A program made the translations under genes and the position numbers. A DNA stretch of 64,000 nt, taken from the NCBI RefSeq assembly GCF_009834535.1, contig NC_045717.1, positions 19,592,001-19,656,000 on the forward strand, read 5' to 3'. This DNA comes from Camelus ferus. Lineage: Eukaryota. Shown here one piece after another: positions 27,960 to 41,310 of this stretch (its first letter is position 1; every line of letters starts with the position of its first letter). The notes beneath the pieces were generated by a model that saw nothing but the letters and a program-made list of their open reading frames with translations, did not search any database and was not told the origin of the DNA.

Positions 27960-28450
27960 CTGAAGTTCAAGTGACACACTCAAGATGGCGGCACTCGAGC
28001 CCTCAACGTGATACACCACAATCAAGATGGCGGCGCACGCTCCCGGCGCCGGTTCCGGTTCCGGTTGTTCTGGTCGCCGGCAGGGACACGCCGAGCGCAC
28101 TGGGAGCAGCCATGGCAGACGGCCCCGTGGCGGAGGTGCTGCTGCGGCGGCTGGAGGCGGCTGATGGCGGTCTGGACAGCGCAGAACTGGCGGCCGAGCT
28201 AGGCGTGGAGCACCAGGCCGTGGTGGGCGCCGTGAAGAGCCTGCAGGCGCTGGGCGAGGTGAGCGGGGCCCGTGATGCCGGGCCTCCTAGCTTTTTCATC
28301 TGTGGTTCCCTTGCCAGGAGGGCTCGGTCTACAGGCCAAACTCTGAGGCCTGGATAAGGGTAATGGTATATGCGTCCAGCCGAGGGTGCGCAGGCGGAGA
28401 GTCAGGAACTTGTGAGGGCCCGGGCTCACGGACTTTCCTCATATAGTAAA
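27960..28450 (+). promoter_or_regulatory. FARSA CpG island promoter with two YY1 consensus sites
   Basis: TCAAGATGGCGGC at 27980-27992 and 28022-28034; (CCGGTT)x3 near 28049-28066. Confidence 0.7.
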
Positions 28451-31400
28451 TGTCTATTGAGGCATGATCACTGTCAGGGAGTGGGGAGTATGCTGGTGGA
28501 CAAGAAAGACGCAGTCGCTGCCTTCACGGAGATTGTAGTCTAATGGGGGATATACCCAAGTGACCAGAGTGGTGAAAGCACAGGAAACTCAGAGGTGACA
28601 GTTGACCCCGACTTGGGGATCATCCCAAAGGAGATAACAGCTGAGTCGGGTTTCTGCATTGAGGAGGAAAGTCATGGCATTTTGGGGATCGGTGGGGTGG
28701 GGAGGCAAGTGGTGAGAGAGACCAACAGAGCCAGAATTTGCAAGGTATTGTAGGTCTTTATCTCACCGAGGTACTGGGGGGCCGTGGCAGTTGCTGGAGC
28801 CACTCAGATGTGCAAACTGCCTCCATCACTCTTGGGAAGGATTGGCAGGGGCAGGACTGGAGGTGAGGGGACAAGGGCAGAGGTTGGCACATTCTCAGAC
28901 TAGAGGGTGTGGTCTCTGGCTATAGGGAGGCAGCTGGAATGGAGAAACGATTCAGGAGAAGGAATGAAATGAAATTCATGGCAAGGTAGGAGGAGCACCC
29001 ACTGATGAAGTTCAGCCTTCTAACTTGAACAAGTGAAGGGTGATGGAGCCAGAGGGAGAGGATGCTGAGGGACCTGTGGCTCACCCAGGAGGCTGGATCC
29101 ACGACTCAAAAGAACAGATCTGGGCTGTCTATTCATCAAGCTCATGTTCTGTGTCCCACTCTAGTCTTAGCTTTATTTATTATCCACTCTTTGATGTAAC
29201 TTTAGGATGATGATGCTGTTATTATCCCCATTTTGCAGATGTGACAACTTCTGAGCACTGGTCAGACACTTGATCAGTGTCAACAGAAGGAAAAGGCTAT
29301 CCTGGATTTGAAATTAGGTGCTCAGGCTGCAAAGCCTAAGGTCATCAGTGCACAAAGGAATTGAAGCTATGTTGTATGGGATGACAGTACCTTGATTGAA
29401 ATTGACATTTGTGTAGGTTACAGATGGTTAAGTAGTGGTAATTTAATGTAATTCAGTCTAAGAACAGTGATGGTAAAATAATAGTAGTAGTATCAGTAGT
29501 TAGAACTTATGCAGCATTTCTTGCATGCTAAGCACTCTACATCCTTTCTGTGTATTGATTTAGTGACTCCTGAAAACAACTTTCTGAGGTAGAGTCCACC
29601 ACACCTTTCTCTCATGAATAAGAAATTTTGCTCAGGGAGGTTAAGCAACTTTCCCAAGATTACACAGCAAGTGTAATAGGAATTAGAATGAAAAGAGAGC
29701 TAGGACCTGTGGGTCCCACCCAGCCCTTGTCTTTTTCTGTGTAACCCAAGCCCATCCTCTTCGTGGAGCTTAGGGTTCCCGCGTGTAATGTGGACATACA
29801 CACCCCAACTCCCGTCCTTCTCTGACACTCCAGGTACTGGGATGCAAACTTGTAAGTGTGCAGATAAATCCTTTCACCTGAGATCATAAAAATCTTTCCC
29901 AGGTTCAGAAGTGATAGGAAGAATTTGTTCTTTGTCAGGCAGGCAACACTGTTAGTACTTTACCTCACCCTGGGAGGTGTGAATACTTTTTATCATCATC
30001 CCTAGGTCACAGAAGATCAGCCCAGGCTCAGGAGGGGGAGATCAGTCGGCTGGGAAATGGTGCAGCTGGGGTGTGAAGCTGGCTTCAGAGGCTGTGCTTT
30101 CAACCATGTACCTGGTGCTATGGCAGAAGGGTGCCTGGATCTGAGCCTTGTCCCTGCCTGTGTCCCCCTATTTTCCTGCAGATCATCCAGGCCGAGCTGC
30201 GCTCCACCAAGCGCTGGGAGCTTACCGCGGAGGGCGAGGAGATTGCTCGGGAGGGCAGCCATGAGGCCCGAGTGTTTCGCAGCATCCCCTCGGAGGGCCT
30301 GCCCCAGAGCGAGCTCATGGTAGGAGCCGGTGGGGGCGGGCAGGGTCTAGAGAGGTGATGGGGTGATGGCAGCCCTTGAGCCCCGCTCACTGCAGCCTTG
30401 ATCCCCTAGCGACTGCCCAGTGGCAAGGTGGGCTTCAGCAAGGCCATGTCCAACAAGTGGATCCGGGTGGATAAGAGTGCTGCTGACGGGCCCCGGGTGT
30501 TCCGAGTGGTGAGTCCCTGCCAGGGGATGGTCGAGCAGGGTGGGCAGACTGGTGGGCCCCTGGCCCTTGCGGCCCCTCATTCCCATCATCGAGGCAGGTG
30601 GACAGCGTGGAGGATGAGGTGCAGCGGCGGCTCCAGACGGTCCGGGGTGGACAGGCTGAGAAGCTGGGAGAGAAGGAGAGGAGTGAGCTCCGGAAGAGGA
30701 AGCTGCTGACTGAAGTGTGAGTGGGTGCCACCCCCAGGTTCGCACCCGTGTCACCTGCATGGCCCTGGAGCAGGGGGAGGGGAAGGCGAGCCGTCCCACC
30801 TGCCCTGGGCCATGGTGCTGTCAATCTCCTCCCAGCTCTCCTTCACACTGTGCGTGTCAGGCACACGTGCCAGGCTCATGCCAGTTCAGGGCCTTTGCCT
30901 GTGCTGTGCCTTATGCCGAGAAGGGTCTTCCTGCTATTTTCCAGTGCAAGTTCCGACATCCAGCCTCTGCTCATGTGTCACCTTAGAGAGGCCACCCTGA
31001 TACCCTTCCTCCCTTTGAATTCCATAAAAGCTCCTCACTTCTAGTCTCCATCCCTTGTGCCCTTGTTTATTTCCTTTGCAGACTAAGCACTGTCTGAAGT
31101 TTAGTGAATGCTGGGACTCGGACAGGCTGGGGCTCTGCACTCACTGGGCTGACATCTCCTTTGAGCAGACGTAGCAGGAGCATGGCAGTAAAAAGAACGC
31201 AGACTGGAGTGGGGCTGCCCGATTGCCAGCTCTGCCATGTACTAGCTGTAACCTTTACCAAGTCCCCTGATCTTTCCAGGCTTCTGTTTACTCCTCTGTA
31301 AAATGGTCCCTTTTCACAAGATTATGGGGTGATTTCAGTGGAACAGAGCCTAGCATAGATTAAATCCTTAAAACTTGACCTGTTGTTATCACTCCCAGCT

Positions 31401-34400
31401 ATATGCTTAGTGCCTTGAACAGGCCCCGGCACACAGTAGGTTCTCAGTAAATGTTTGTTCACTGAATAATCGCCAAAACATAGGGATGTAGGTGGGGGTC
31501 AAATAAGAGGATTTCAGGTGATGATAAGTGTTGGGATAAAAATACAACACAGTGACTTAGTGGGTGATGTTGGTGTCAACATCAGATGGGAGGTCAGGGG
31601 AGACTGCTTGGAAGAGGTGACAGCATTGCCTCTCCCCTCAGGACTCTGAAGACCTACTGGGTGAGCAAGGGTAGTGCCTTCAGCACCAGCATCTCCAAGC
31701 AGGAGACGGAGCTGAGCCCAGAAATGATCTCCAGGTAGGGGGCAGCCCCAGGGTTGGGGGTCGATGTGGGTGGTAGGCAGCCCCGACCAGGCCCATGTAT
31801 CCTGCATCTCTCCATAGTGGCTCCTGGCGGGACCGGCCCTTCAAGCCCTACAATTTCTCAGCCCACGGCGTCCTCCCTGACAGTGGCCACCTGCACCCCC
31901 TGCTCAAGGTCCGCACCCAGTTCCGGCAGATCTTCCTGGAGATGGGGTGAGCACAGGGCCTGGGGCAGGGCCAGCCCANNNNNNNNNNNNNNNNNNNNNN
32001 NNNNNNNNNNNNNNNNNNNNNNNNNNNNNNNNNNNNNNNNNNNNNNNNNNNNNNNNNNNNNNNNNNNNNNNNNNNNNNNNNNNNNNNNNNNNNNNNNNNN
32101 NNNNNNNNNNNNNNNNNNTGACACCTTCTTCCTGCAAGGTGGGTGAGCCCCGCCACACCATCAGAGGTGCTCAGCCTAGGCAGAGCCTTTCGGGGTGACA
32201 TACCATTTTACAGGGTAAACTCTATCCTCAGTGCGGCTAGCAAAGCCTATGTGAGCCACCATCGTCAACTTCTGTGACCTCCTTCCACCTCCCTTCCTGG
32301 CTACCTCAGGGCTTTTGCTGGTCTGTGCCTTCTGCCGAAAACTGTCTTCTCCCAGATCTGCATGGTGGGCTCCGGCATCAAACCTCTGCACAGGTGTCAC
32401 CTCAGAGAGACCACCCTGACATGCCGTTGCCTCCCCAAGTTCTAAAATCTCCCACCACTTGTCTTCCATCTTGGTCTCTGTTTTTTCTTCCACAGCCCTT
32501 AGTACTTTCTGAAATTGAATGACTGTCCAACAAAGGTCATTGTCTTCCCCACCAGGAGGGAACAGGAGGCTGTTGGGTGCCCATTACCTGGCCAGGGACA
32601 ACAGCGTCCTGGTCATCACCATGGCATCCAAAACTTATTGAGCAGTCACTATCCTAATTTTCCAACCAACTATAGGAAGTAGACTGTTAACCCCCTTTTG
32701 CAAATGAGGAAACTGGGGCTCAGAGAGGGGACATCACTTACCCAGGGTCACAGCCTCCAAGTAGTAGAGTTGGGATTCAGTATCAGGCTTTTCAGGCGTA
32801 GTAAAATTGTGTCTGGAAGGAACCATAAGAACTTGCACATTCAAGCATCATATGTCACTGAGCTGCTACTGTGTGCTGAAGTCTCTGTTAAACACTTGGG
32901 TCACAGCCATGAACGGCACAGAAGTCCTTGCCCTGGTGAGACCTGCATGTTCTGGTGGGGGAGACCTGGCCCCTGAGGCTGGCACATGCCTGGTGTGCTG
33001 ACCACTGAGCAGGGAGGCCCTGTGACTTGAGGAAACGATCAATTAGGAGTGGGAGGAAACAGGAGCAGTGAGGTAACAGGACAGTGTGCAGGGCACTCTG
33101 GGCCACAGAGAGAAATTTGGCTTTGGCTTTTTCTCCAAGTGAGATGAGAGCCATGGAAGATTTTGGGCAAAAGAGACATGTGACTGACTCAGGTGTCCTC
33201 AGGTGCCTTCTGGCTGCTGTAGGGGGTAAGGGAGGGAGCTGCACATGTCACTGTCTGTTTTCGGTGTAGTGGCTATTTGAGAAATGCTCCTTGACTGACC
33301 AGATGTTGCTCTGTCCTGCCCAGATCCAGCCCAGGCCCTGCAGCTGCCAATGGACTACGTCCATCGGGTCAAGCGGACTCACTCTCAGGGTGGCTACGGC
33401 TCACTGGGGTGAGGAGGCATCAGGACTTTGGGGTGTCACAGGGAAGGAGGTTGGGGGCCCAAGAGCTAGTTCATGGGCTTCCTGCGTGTCTCCCTGAAGG
33501 TACAAGTACAACTGGAAGCTGGACGAGGCTCGGAAAAACCTGCTGCGCACGCACACAACATCAGCCAGCGCCCGCGCCCTCTACCACCTGGCCCAGAAGG
33601 TGTGGCTGGGCTTGGGCAGTGCAGGGGGCAGGGGGCTGTCATACTGACCTTCTCACCCACACTGGGGCCTGGCCTGCTTGTAACCCCTAGAAGCCCTTCA
33701 CACCGGCCAAGTACTTCTCCATCGATCGTGTGTTCCGGAATGAGACCCTGGATGCCACACACCTGGCTGAGTTCCACCAGATTGAGGGCGTCGTGGCTGA
33801 CCACGGCCTCACCCTGGGCCACCTCATGGGCGTCCTGCGGGAGTTCTTCACCAAGCTGGGTAAGCAGGCAGGCTGGGGCAGGCAGTGTTGGTGGGCAGTG
33901 GGAAGATGCCTTGATCATCAGCCTTATCCTCACTGTTCTGCTTGCCTGCCTCCCCCGACCCAGGTATCACCCAGCTGCGTTTCAAGCCGACCTACAACCC
34001 CTACACTGAGCCCAGCATGGAGGTGTTCAGCTACCACCAAGGTCAGGCTAGAACCCACTACTAGGGCGGGGAAGGAGGTCTCAGGCTGCCCACCGCTCAG
34101 CCTCAGTCCCCGTCACTGCCAAGCCCACACCCCACCTCCCAGGCTAACTGCCAGGCCCAGTATCACCCACACGAGCCACCCTACTCTGCCTCCACAGGTC
34201 TGAAGAAGTGGGTTGAGGTGGGAAACTCTGGGCTCTTCCGCCCCGAGATGCTGCTGCCCATGGGGCTCCCCGAGAATGTGTCAGTCATTGCCTGGGGCCT
34301 TTCCCTGGAGCGGTGAGTACCCAAACCCCTTTGGATGTCTGGCTGCCTCAGTTGGGTGACTTGCCAGGCATGGGGCCTGCACACTTGCAGCCCCATCCAT

Positions 34401-35150
34401 TCGTTCATTTATCTGACAGACCATTAGTGAGCACCTTCCATGTGCTTGGTCCTGTGCCGTGATTACGACACACACATCTGTGTCAGGGGTGTCTGGTGGA
34501 ATGAGAAGGATGATAATTAGCAAGATAAATAAGTAAGTTCAACAAATAAAGCCTAGAGTGTAGCCCAAAACAGTAACTGTTACAGAGAAAACACAGCAGA
34601 GAGAGTTAAGGAAACATAGTCAGGGAAGGTCTCGTGGAGGAAATGGCATCTGAACAAAGACTGGAGGTGAATGAATTGATAAGCTATGAGGTTATCTGGG
34701 GAAGGATGCTCTAGGCAGAGGGAATAGCCAGTGCTAAGGCCCTGAGGCTTAAACTTGACTGCTGTGTTTGGAGAACACCGAGGTGGCCCTTGTGGCTAGG
34801 AGTGAATGAGTGAAGGCTGAGAGTGGGAGGAGACGAGGGTGGGGAGGTGACAGAGAATATTGTGCAGGGCCTTGCAGGCCCCGGGAAGGACTTGGGCTTT
34901 TACTTCAAGGAAGGTGGGAGCCCTCAGAGAGGGTCTGATCAGAATAGAACATGACCTGACCTTGTGTTAAACCATGTCCATCCCATCCTCTTCCCCCCAC
35001 CCAAGGCCAACAATGATCAAATATGGCATCAACAATATCCGGGAGCTGGTGGGCCACAAGGTGAACCTGCAGATGGTGTACGACAGTCCCCTGTGCCGCC
35101 TGGACAACGAACGGGGACCCCCCTCCAACACAGGAGGCCGCATGACATGA
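28112..35150 (+). CDS. FARSA: Phenylalanine--tRNA ligase alpha subunit, 13 exons (exon 7 mostly in gap; C-terminus frameshifted as assembled)
   Basis: Exons 28112-28258, 30182-30319, 30410-30508, 30598-30716, 31642-31734, 31818-31946, [gap]-32138, 33324-33408, 33500-33599, 33691-33859, 33964-34041, 34198-34312, 35006-35150. Motifs [52 protein letters not shown]. The ancestral-type stop TGA at 35143-35145 is out of frame. Confidence 0.96.
31979..32118. other. Assembly gap (140 N) covering most of FARSA exon 7
   Basis: N run; the exon tail tgacaccttcttcctgcaag|gt resumes at 32119. Confidence 0.99.
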
Positions 35151-35375
35151 GCCACCCTGCATAGGCCGCCTTCCCCAAGACCCTGCTGCCCGTTGCATCC
35201 CTGCCAGTGACCCCTTGTATTTACAAGGCCTCTGTGAGGCCATCCCCCTGCCCCTGGTATCTCCTCTTCCCCACCGGCCCCAGGGTCCCAGGGACAGGGG
35301 AGTGGGTAGCAGGTTCATTCTGTTGTCCACCTGTGAGGGTGGGCCTTGAGGGGCCCTACGGGCCAGTTGCTGGCT

Positions 35376-35381
35376 AATAAA
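35376..35381 (+). terminator. FARSA poly(A) signal AATAAA
   Basis: AATAAA about 230 nt after the stop codon. Confidence 0.75.
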
Positions 35382-37939
35382 GTGGGCAGTTGCACTCATC
35401 TGGTGCCTTTCCTTAGGGGTGACAGGGTGCTGAGCCCCAGATGTGGGGTGTGGTGGGTTGGAGGTCTTAGATCCTCGGGAGCTCCTGGCCCACCTAAGCC
35501 AGATCCCCCCAGGGAAGACTCGCTCCATCAAACATTTACTGATCACCTACTGATGCCAGGCCTCTTCTAGGTGAAAGGAACAGAACTTCCTAGGCCTGTG
35601 GAAGGGTCATGTGGGAAGGGGAGGCCGAGGCGGGTGTTGGGGGCCCCCAGGAGCCAGGATCCCCACTAACTGGGAGCCTTGGGGCATTGGTGGGCTGGGG
35701 CACATAGCAAGGTAAGCCTGTAAAGCTGCCCTTTTTTTTTTTTAAAGAACAGTTTTAGGTTTATAGCAAAATTGAGCTGAAGGTACAGAAATTTCCTGTA
35801 TACCCCCAGCCTTGACACATAATCACCCAGGTCCATATTTGACATGACAGTTGACGCCCCGTGTTGTACGCAGATTTAGACAAATGTATGGTGATGTGGA
35901 TTCATCATTACGGTGTCATAGTGTTTTCACTGCCCTAAAAGTCCTCTGTGCTCCACCCATTCATCCCTTTCTCCCCTTAAAAAGCCACTCTTTAAAAAAA
36001 AATTCTCATAAGGATTTCAGATGAGCCCAGAATGGAGAGATGAATGGGTAGGTTAAAGCTCCACGAACCCACCACTCACGGTGAACAGTAAGTGAGATCT
36101 CACACCCGTATCTGTGAGTTGCTCCCAGCCACCATGTCACTCCACGTCTTCAAGGGCAGTGGACTTGGGGAAACATGGACGGTTTCTTAAGTAACCACAA
36201 GGCCACTCATACCCAGTGCAGTTGGTAGGCAGCTAAGGACATGGGTTTTGCTGGTCCCAGAGCCTGTAGGCACCAATCTTCCAAGGGCTCCTCACTCAAA
36301 TCTTTTGCTTATTTATTTCAAATTAAATAATCCAGTCATATAGAAAAATATTCATGCAATAAGTATGCACTTCTTAAGTACCAGCGGTGTTTATGAACTG
36401 AAGGCTCGGCAGTGGGCAAAGCTGGCTCTGGCCCTTGGCTTCAGGAGCTGACACTGGTGGGTGGGGAGGCATGGAGACCTGATGAACAGACAAATACAGA
36501 AATGGAGGGAGGGGTAGAGGCCATGTTAAAAGTGAAGGCTGGAGAGGGTGAAGCATGTATAATACAAAGTATAATACAGCGATCACCCAGGAATGCACCC
36601 CTACTTCATTCAAATCTGAGCATAGATTATACTTGCTTTGGATCTTTCACTTCAGATCTATGTGACTAATAGTTTGAAGACCCTATGGGCTTGTCCTAGT
36701 TTCTTTTGCCTCCACCCCACTAAGGTTGACCTCCAGAATTTGGTATTTTATCATTCTCAGGTGTTTTTAAACTTTAGCTACTTACATGTGTTACTTTAAC
36801 AAGACATAGTTTCATTTTGCATGTTTTCAAAAGTTACACAAACCCTTGCACCTAAAAATTCTGCATTTTTGTTGCTTTTTTTTTTTTTTTTTTTGGTGTG
36901 TGTGTGTTGGTATGCATGCTTAAAGGTAAGTCTGAGATTTTTCTCAGTAGATAATCCTCCAGTCTTCAAATCTGATGCTGGAGGAGGATGTATCTTGTTT
37001 AATTTGGAACTTTGCCACAAATTACTAATGTTAGCTACTGTTTATTAAACTCTTAATGTATTCCAGATGTCTATCCCTGAAGCCCTTACAATAGTCTCAT
37101 GTTTTAGATTTTATTGCCTCAGTAATAGACAAAGATGAATTTTGAGAGTGAGTGGCAGTTTTCTGATTACCCCCACTGGTAAGAGGCAGCCCAGATTCAA
37201 ACCCATGTTCTCCAGAACGTTGGTGTAAAGGTGTGTGCCCTAGTGTGTGTGCCCAGGGACAGGACTCTGCACAGAAGGGGTTGAGCAATGTGAGCAGATT
37301 CCTGATGGCTCTATATAGAAAATATAGGTGTCCCGGAGAAGAGCCCCACCTCCTTCCCAGTCAGTTGGAATAAAGTCCAAACCTCTGGCCTTGGACCCCA
37401 GCCCAGCCCCTGTCCAGTTCTTCATCTGCTCCCCACCAGGCCAGGCTTCTCCTCAAACACACTGAGCTTATTCGGATCTCAGGGCCGAATCACCATTTCA
37501 AGTTGTTTGCCCATTTTAAAATTGAGTTTTCTATCTTATTGAGCTGCAAGAGGTCTTTGTAGATGCTGAGCACAAGTTCTTAAATATTTTCTCCCAGTCT
37601 GTGGCTTCTTGTGTGCCAATTATTATTACCGTTTTCACTATTAATTCATTATTGTTACTATTACTATTTTTATTAATAGGTATGGGCCCAACTTTTAGGG
37701 CCAGCCCCGCCATGCTTTCAAGGAACTTCTGGTTTTGAAGTGCAGGTAACTGATTCAAGGTGGTAATTGCATAAATGTTTTCACTGAAGGCAACAGGTTG
37801 TAATCAAGGAATAGCAACGGTCAGAACTTTTTATTGGAAAGATTCCTTTGGGAGGAGCAGAGGAACTGAAACGTAAACAATGAAAGCAAAGTCAGCAGGA
37901 TTCCCCTCTTATATTGGGCCCTCCTGGACCCTCACACAT

Positions 37940-38460
37940 GTGCACACGCACACGCAGAGGCCACCGGCTCCTCCCAGCTGTGAGGGCTGCGCGCGCAGGC
38001 CCTGGAGAACCTAACCGCCGCTCAACGGCCAACCCCGCCCCGCTGCGCGCGCAAGTTCCCCTAAAGGGGCGGGGCCAGGAGTGTGCGCCTCAGCACGTGC
38101 GCGGGGGCGAGGAGTTCCAGGGGCGGGACCGGCGCGTGCGCAGTGGGCGCAAACGAGAAGGCGGGAAAAGACAGGATGGAGCGACACGGGGTACGCGGCG
38201 CTTGTTTCCTTCGCGTGGGCGGCGGTCAGACGGACAGGGAATGGCAGCGATCTCAGGCTTCCCTGGCGGACCGGAGCCCGGTCGCCTGTCTCCTGCCATC
38301 GGTGGCTCCTCGTCCGGCTGGGCCCCGATTTCCTGACTGACAGACCTGGCCCTGACTAACAGACCAACTGTGTGACTGACGCGCTCAGCCCAGACGAGGA
38401 CTGACTTCCACGCTTGGCGAGTGGCAGGAGTAGGGTAGAGAGAGACTCAGACACTCAACG
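37940..38460 (+). promoter_or_regulatory. SYCE2 CpG island promoter
   Basis: MYB-like TAACCG 38012-38017 and CAACGG 38023-38028; CACGTG 38094-38099; GGCGGGAAA 38160-38168. Confidence 0.7.
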
Positions 38461-39163
38461 CACCTCACCCGTTTCTTTTCTTCTTTTTCTCTTACCTCTT
38501 CTCCCTCCTCAAAGGACTCAAGCCGACCAACACCCCAGTTAGGAGCCCAGCCCCTCCAGCGCCCCATCCGGAGCCCCTGCATTCACCCCAGCCCCTCCGG
38601 GTCTCCTCATCTCAATCCTGTACCCCTGGCACAGGGTCCCCCTACCCCACGCCCCCAGTCCTCATGGTGCCTGCCCCAGCTCCCCCCGTCTCTTCTGGGG
38701 GTCCCCACCATGCCGCAGAGGCACACAGGGTTGTCAAGGGTTGAAGAGGCGGGAGGTGAGGAATCTGACTACTTCTAGCCCTCCCTTCCTCCTTCGACCT
38801 CTCAATTGCTGGCTATGCTCACAGGTGGACATGCCCCACGTAGAGGGCAAGGACCAGGAGCCACAGCTGTTCAGGGAGAGCAAGGAGCAGCAACAGGGCG
38901 AGGAGAACCGCGAAGAGGAGGCTGGTCGGGGACCAGCTAGGTGAGGAAGAACCAGCCCAATGGGTCCAAACAGACCCCTGAGTCCTCATTCACCCTTTTC
39001 TTCCACAAGACCCTACCAGTGTCTTCTCTTGGTGTATTTGTTGCTCATACTTGTCCAGCATCTCCCATGTGCCTGGGATATAAGTGCTGGGGACACAGCA
39101 GTGAGCTGACATTCTGGAGGAGGAGAAGGTCTATAAACTCAGAAATATACAGTAGTCAGGGGA

Positions 39164-39257
39164 AGGGGAGGGAAATAGGGGTAGAATGCATGCTTAACAT
39201 GCATGAGGTCCTGGTTTCAATCCACAGTACCTCCATTTAAAAAAAGAAAAAGAAAAA
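39164..39257 (+). mobile_element. Vic-1-like SINE with 13-bp TSD (SYCE2 intron 2)
   Basis: gtagaatgcatgcttaacatgcatgaggtcctggtttcaatccacagtacctcca plus A-tail; TSD agtagtcagggga at 39151-39163 and 39258-39270. Confidence 0.85.
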
Positions 39258-40079
39258 AGTAGTCAGGGGATGCTAAGTGCTATGGGGGAAAAATAGGGAG
39301 AGAGTGACAGGTGGCCAGTTTAGATCAGAGGGTCGAAGAAGGCTTCATGGAAGAGGTGACAAGTGAACCATGAGGGTAGAGACAACTATGCTACAGGCAG
39401 AGAAACAGCAGCTTCAAAGGCCCTGAGGAAGAGCTATGCTAGAGCAGCCTGAGTAAGAAGGAGGTAGGCAGACAGGTAATGGGACTTTGGATGATAATTA
39501 CCCATGAAGAAGTCTGGAATAGAGAAGTGACAGGAAGTGACTACAGCAGGGTGAGGTCTGTTGTTAATAACGTTTTATTGGAACAGGGCTGCTTCTGCAG
39601 AGGTGAATTGTTGTAACTGAGACCATATGGCCTGAAACACTGAAAAGATTTCCTATCTCACCCTTTGTAGAAGTTTGTAGGCCTCTGGACTAAAGTATTA
39701 AAAGGCTCCCTCTGGCTGCCATGTAGAGAATAGATTATCGAAGGTAGGCTTGGAAGCAGGGAGGCCAGTGATAAGGCAATTGAAATAATTTAGGTGCAAG
39801 ATGACTCTGACGTGGATCCCAGGTGGATCCCTGGAATTGATGAGAAGTGGTCAGATTCTGGATAGATTTAAGAAAATAGAACTAACAGAAATTGCTAATG
39901 GAGTCAATGTTGGAGTAAGAGAAAGAGCAGGGTCACGGATGACTTTCAAAAGATGTTTTTGTCCTGCACATTAATTTACCAGATATTTATTGATAGTCTA
40001 TTTTGCCCAGGCACTGTTTTAGATGCTGGGGGTACAATAGTGAACAAATCAGAATTCCTGCTCTCTTGGAGCTGACTTT

Positions 40080-41310
40080 CTTTCACGTAGCAGTGTGCAC
40101 TTAAGGTTCCTCCATGTCTTTTCATGGCTTAATAGCTCATTTCTTTTTAATGCTGAATAATATTCTCTATACCACGTGGTACATTTTCACAATGTACCAC
40201 AGTCTATCTACTTGCCTATTAAAGGACATCTTGGTTGCTTCCAAGTTTTAGCAATTATAAATAAAGTTGCTATAAACACTCACATGCAGGTTTTGTATGG
40301 ATGTAAATTTTCAGCTCCTTTGGGTAAATATCAAGGACCACAATTGCTAGATCATATGGTAAGAGTGTTTTTAGTTTCATAAGAAACTGCCAAAATATAT
40401 TCCAGAGTGGTTCAACCCTTTTACATTCCTGTCCTCAGTGAATGAGAGTTCCTGTTGCTCTACATCCTCACCAACATTTGGTGTTGTCAGTGTTTTGGAT
40501 TTTCCCCCATTCTAACAGGCGTGTATCAGTATCAGTGTTGTGTTGACTTACAACTTCCTGATGAGGTATGAAGTTGAACATCTTTTCATATGCTTATTTG
40601 CCATCTGTGTATCTTTTTTGCTGAGATGTCTGTTCAGATCTTTTGTCCGTTTTTAAGTTGGGTTGTTTGCTTTCTTATTGCTGAGTTTAAAGTGTCCTAG
40701 TATATTTTGTATATCATTCCTTCATCAGGTATGTGTTTTGCAAAGATTTGTTCCCAATGTGGCTCTTGTCTTTTCATTCTCTTAACAGTGTCTTTTGCAG
40801 AGCAGAAGTTTTAAATTTTAATGAAGTCCAATTAACCAATTTTTTTCTTTTGATATTGTGTCTAAGAAGTCACTACCAAACCCAGGGCCATCTATATTTT
40901 CTCCTATGATATCTTCCAGGAGGATTATAGTTTTTTGTTTTACATTTAGGGCTATGATATCGATTTTGAGAGAATTTTTGTGAAAGGTGCAAGGTCTGCG
41001 TCTAACCAGTTTTTCTGCATGTGGGTGTCCAGTTGTTCCAGCACCATTTGTTACAAAGACTCTCCCTTCTCCACTGAATTTTCTTTGTTCCTTTGTCAAG
41101 GATAAGTTTACTATATGTGTGTGGGTCTATTTCTGGGCTGTCTCTTCTGGTCCATTGATATGTTGTCTATCCTTTCACCAGTACCACACTATCTGGATCA
41201 CTGTAGCTTTGTAGTAAATCTTGAAATCAAATGGCATCAGTCTTCCAACTTAATTGTTCTCCTTCAGTATTGTGTTGGCTATCCTGGGTCTCTTGCCAAG
41301 CTGACTTTCT
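40080..41310 (-). mobile_element. Old L1 (L1M-type) ORF2 3' region and 3'UTR
   Basis: ORF 40818-41099 (-) resembles degenerate L1 ORF2 (KTIILLEDIIGENI...GFGSDFLDT); ggacatcttggttgcttccaagtttt is a typical L1 3' motif. Confidence 0.8.

Noticed and set aside
36955-36985. tcctccag...ctggagga hairpin as a miRNA
   Set aside because: Only an 8-bp stem with a long loop, inside old L1-like sequence.
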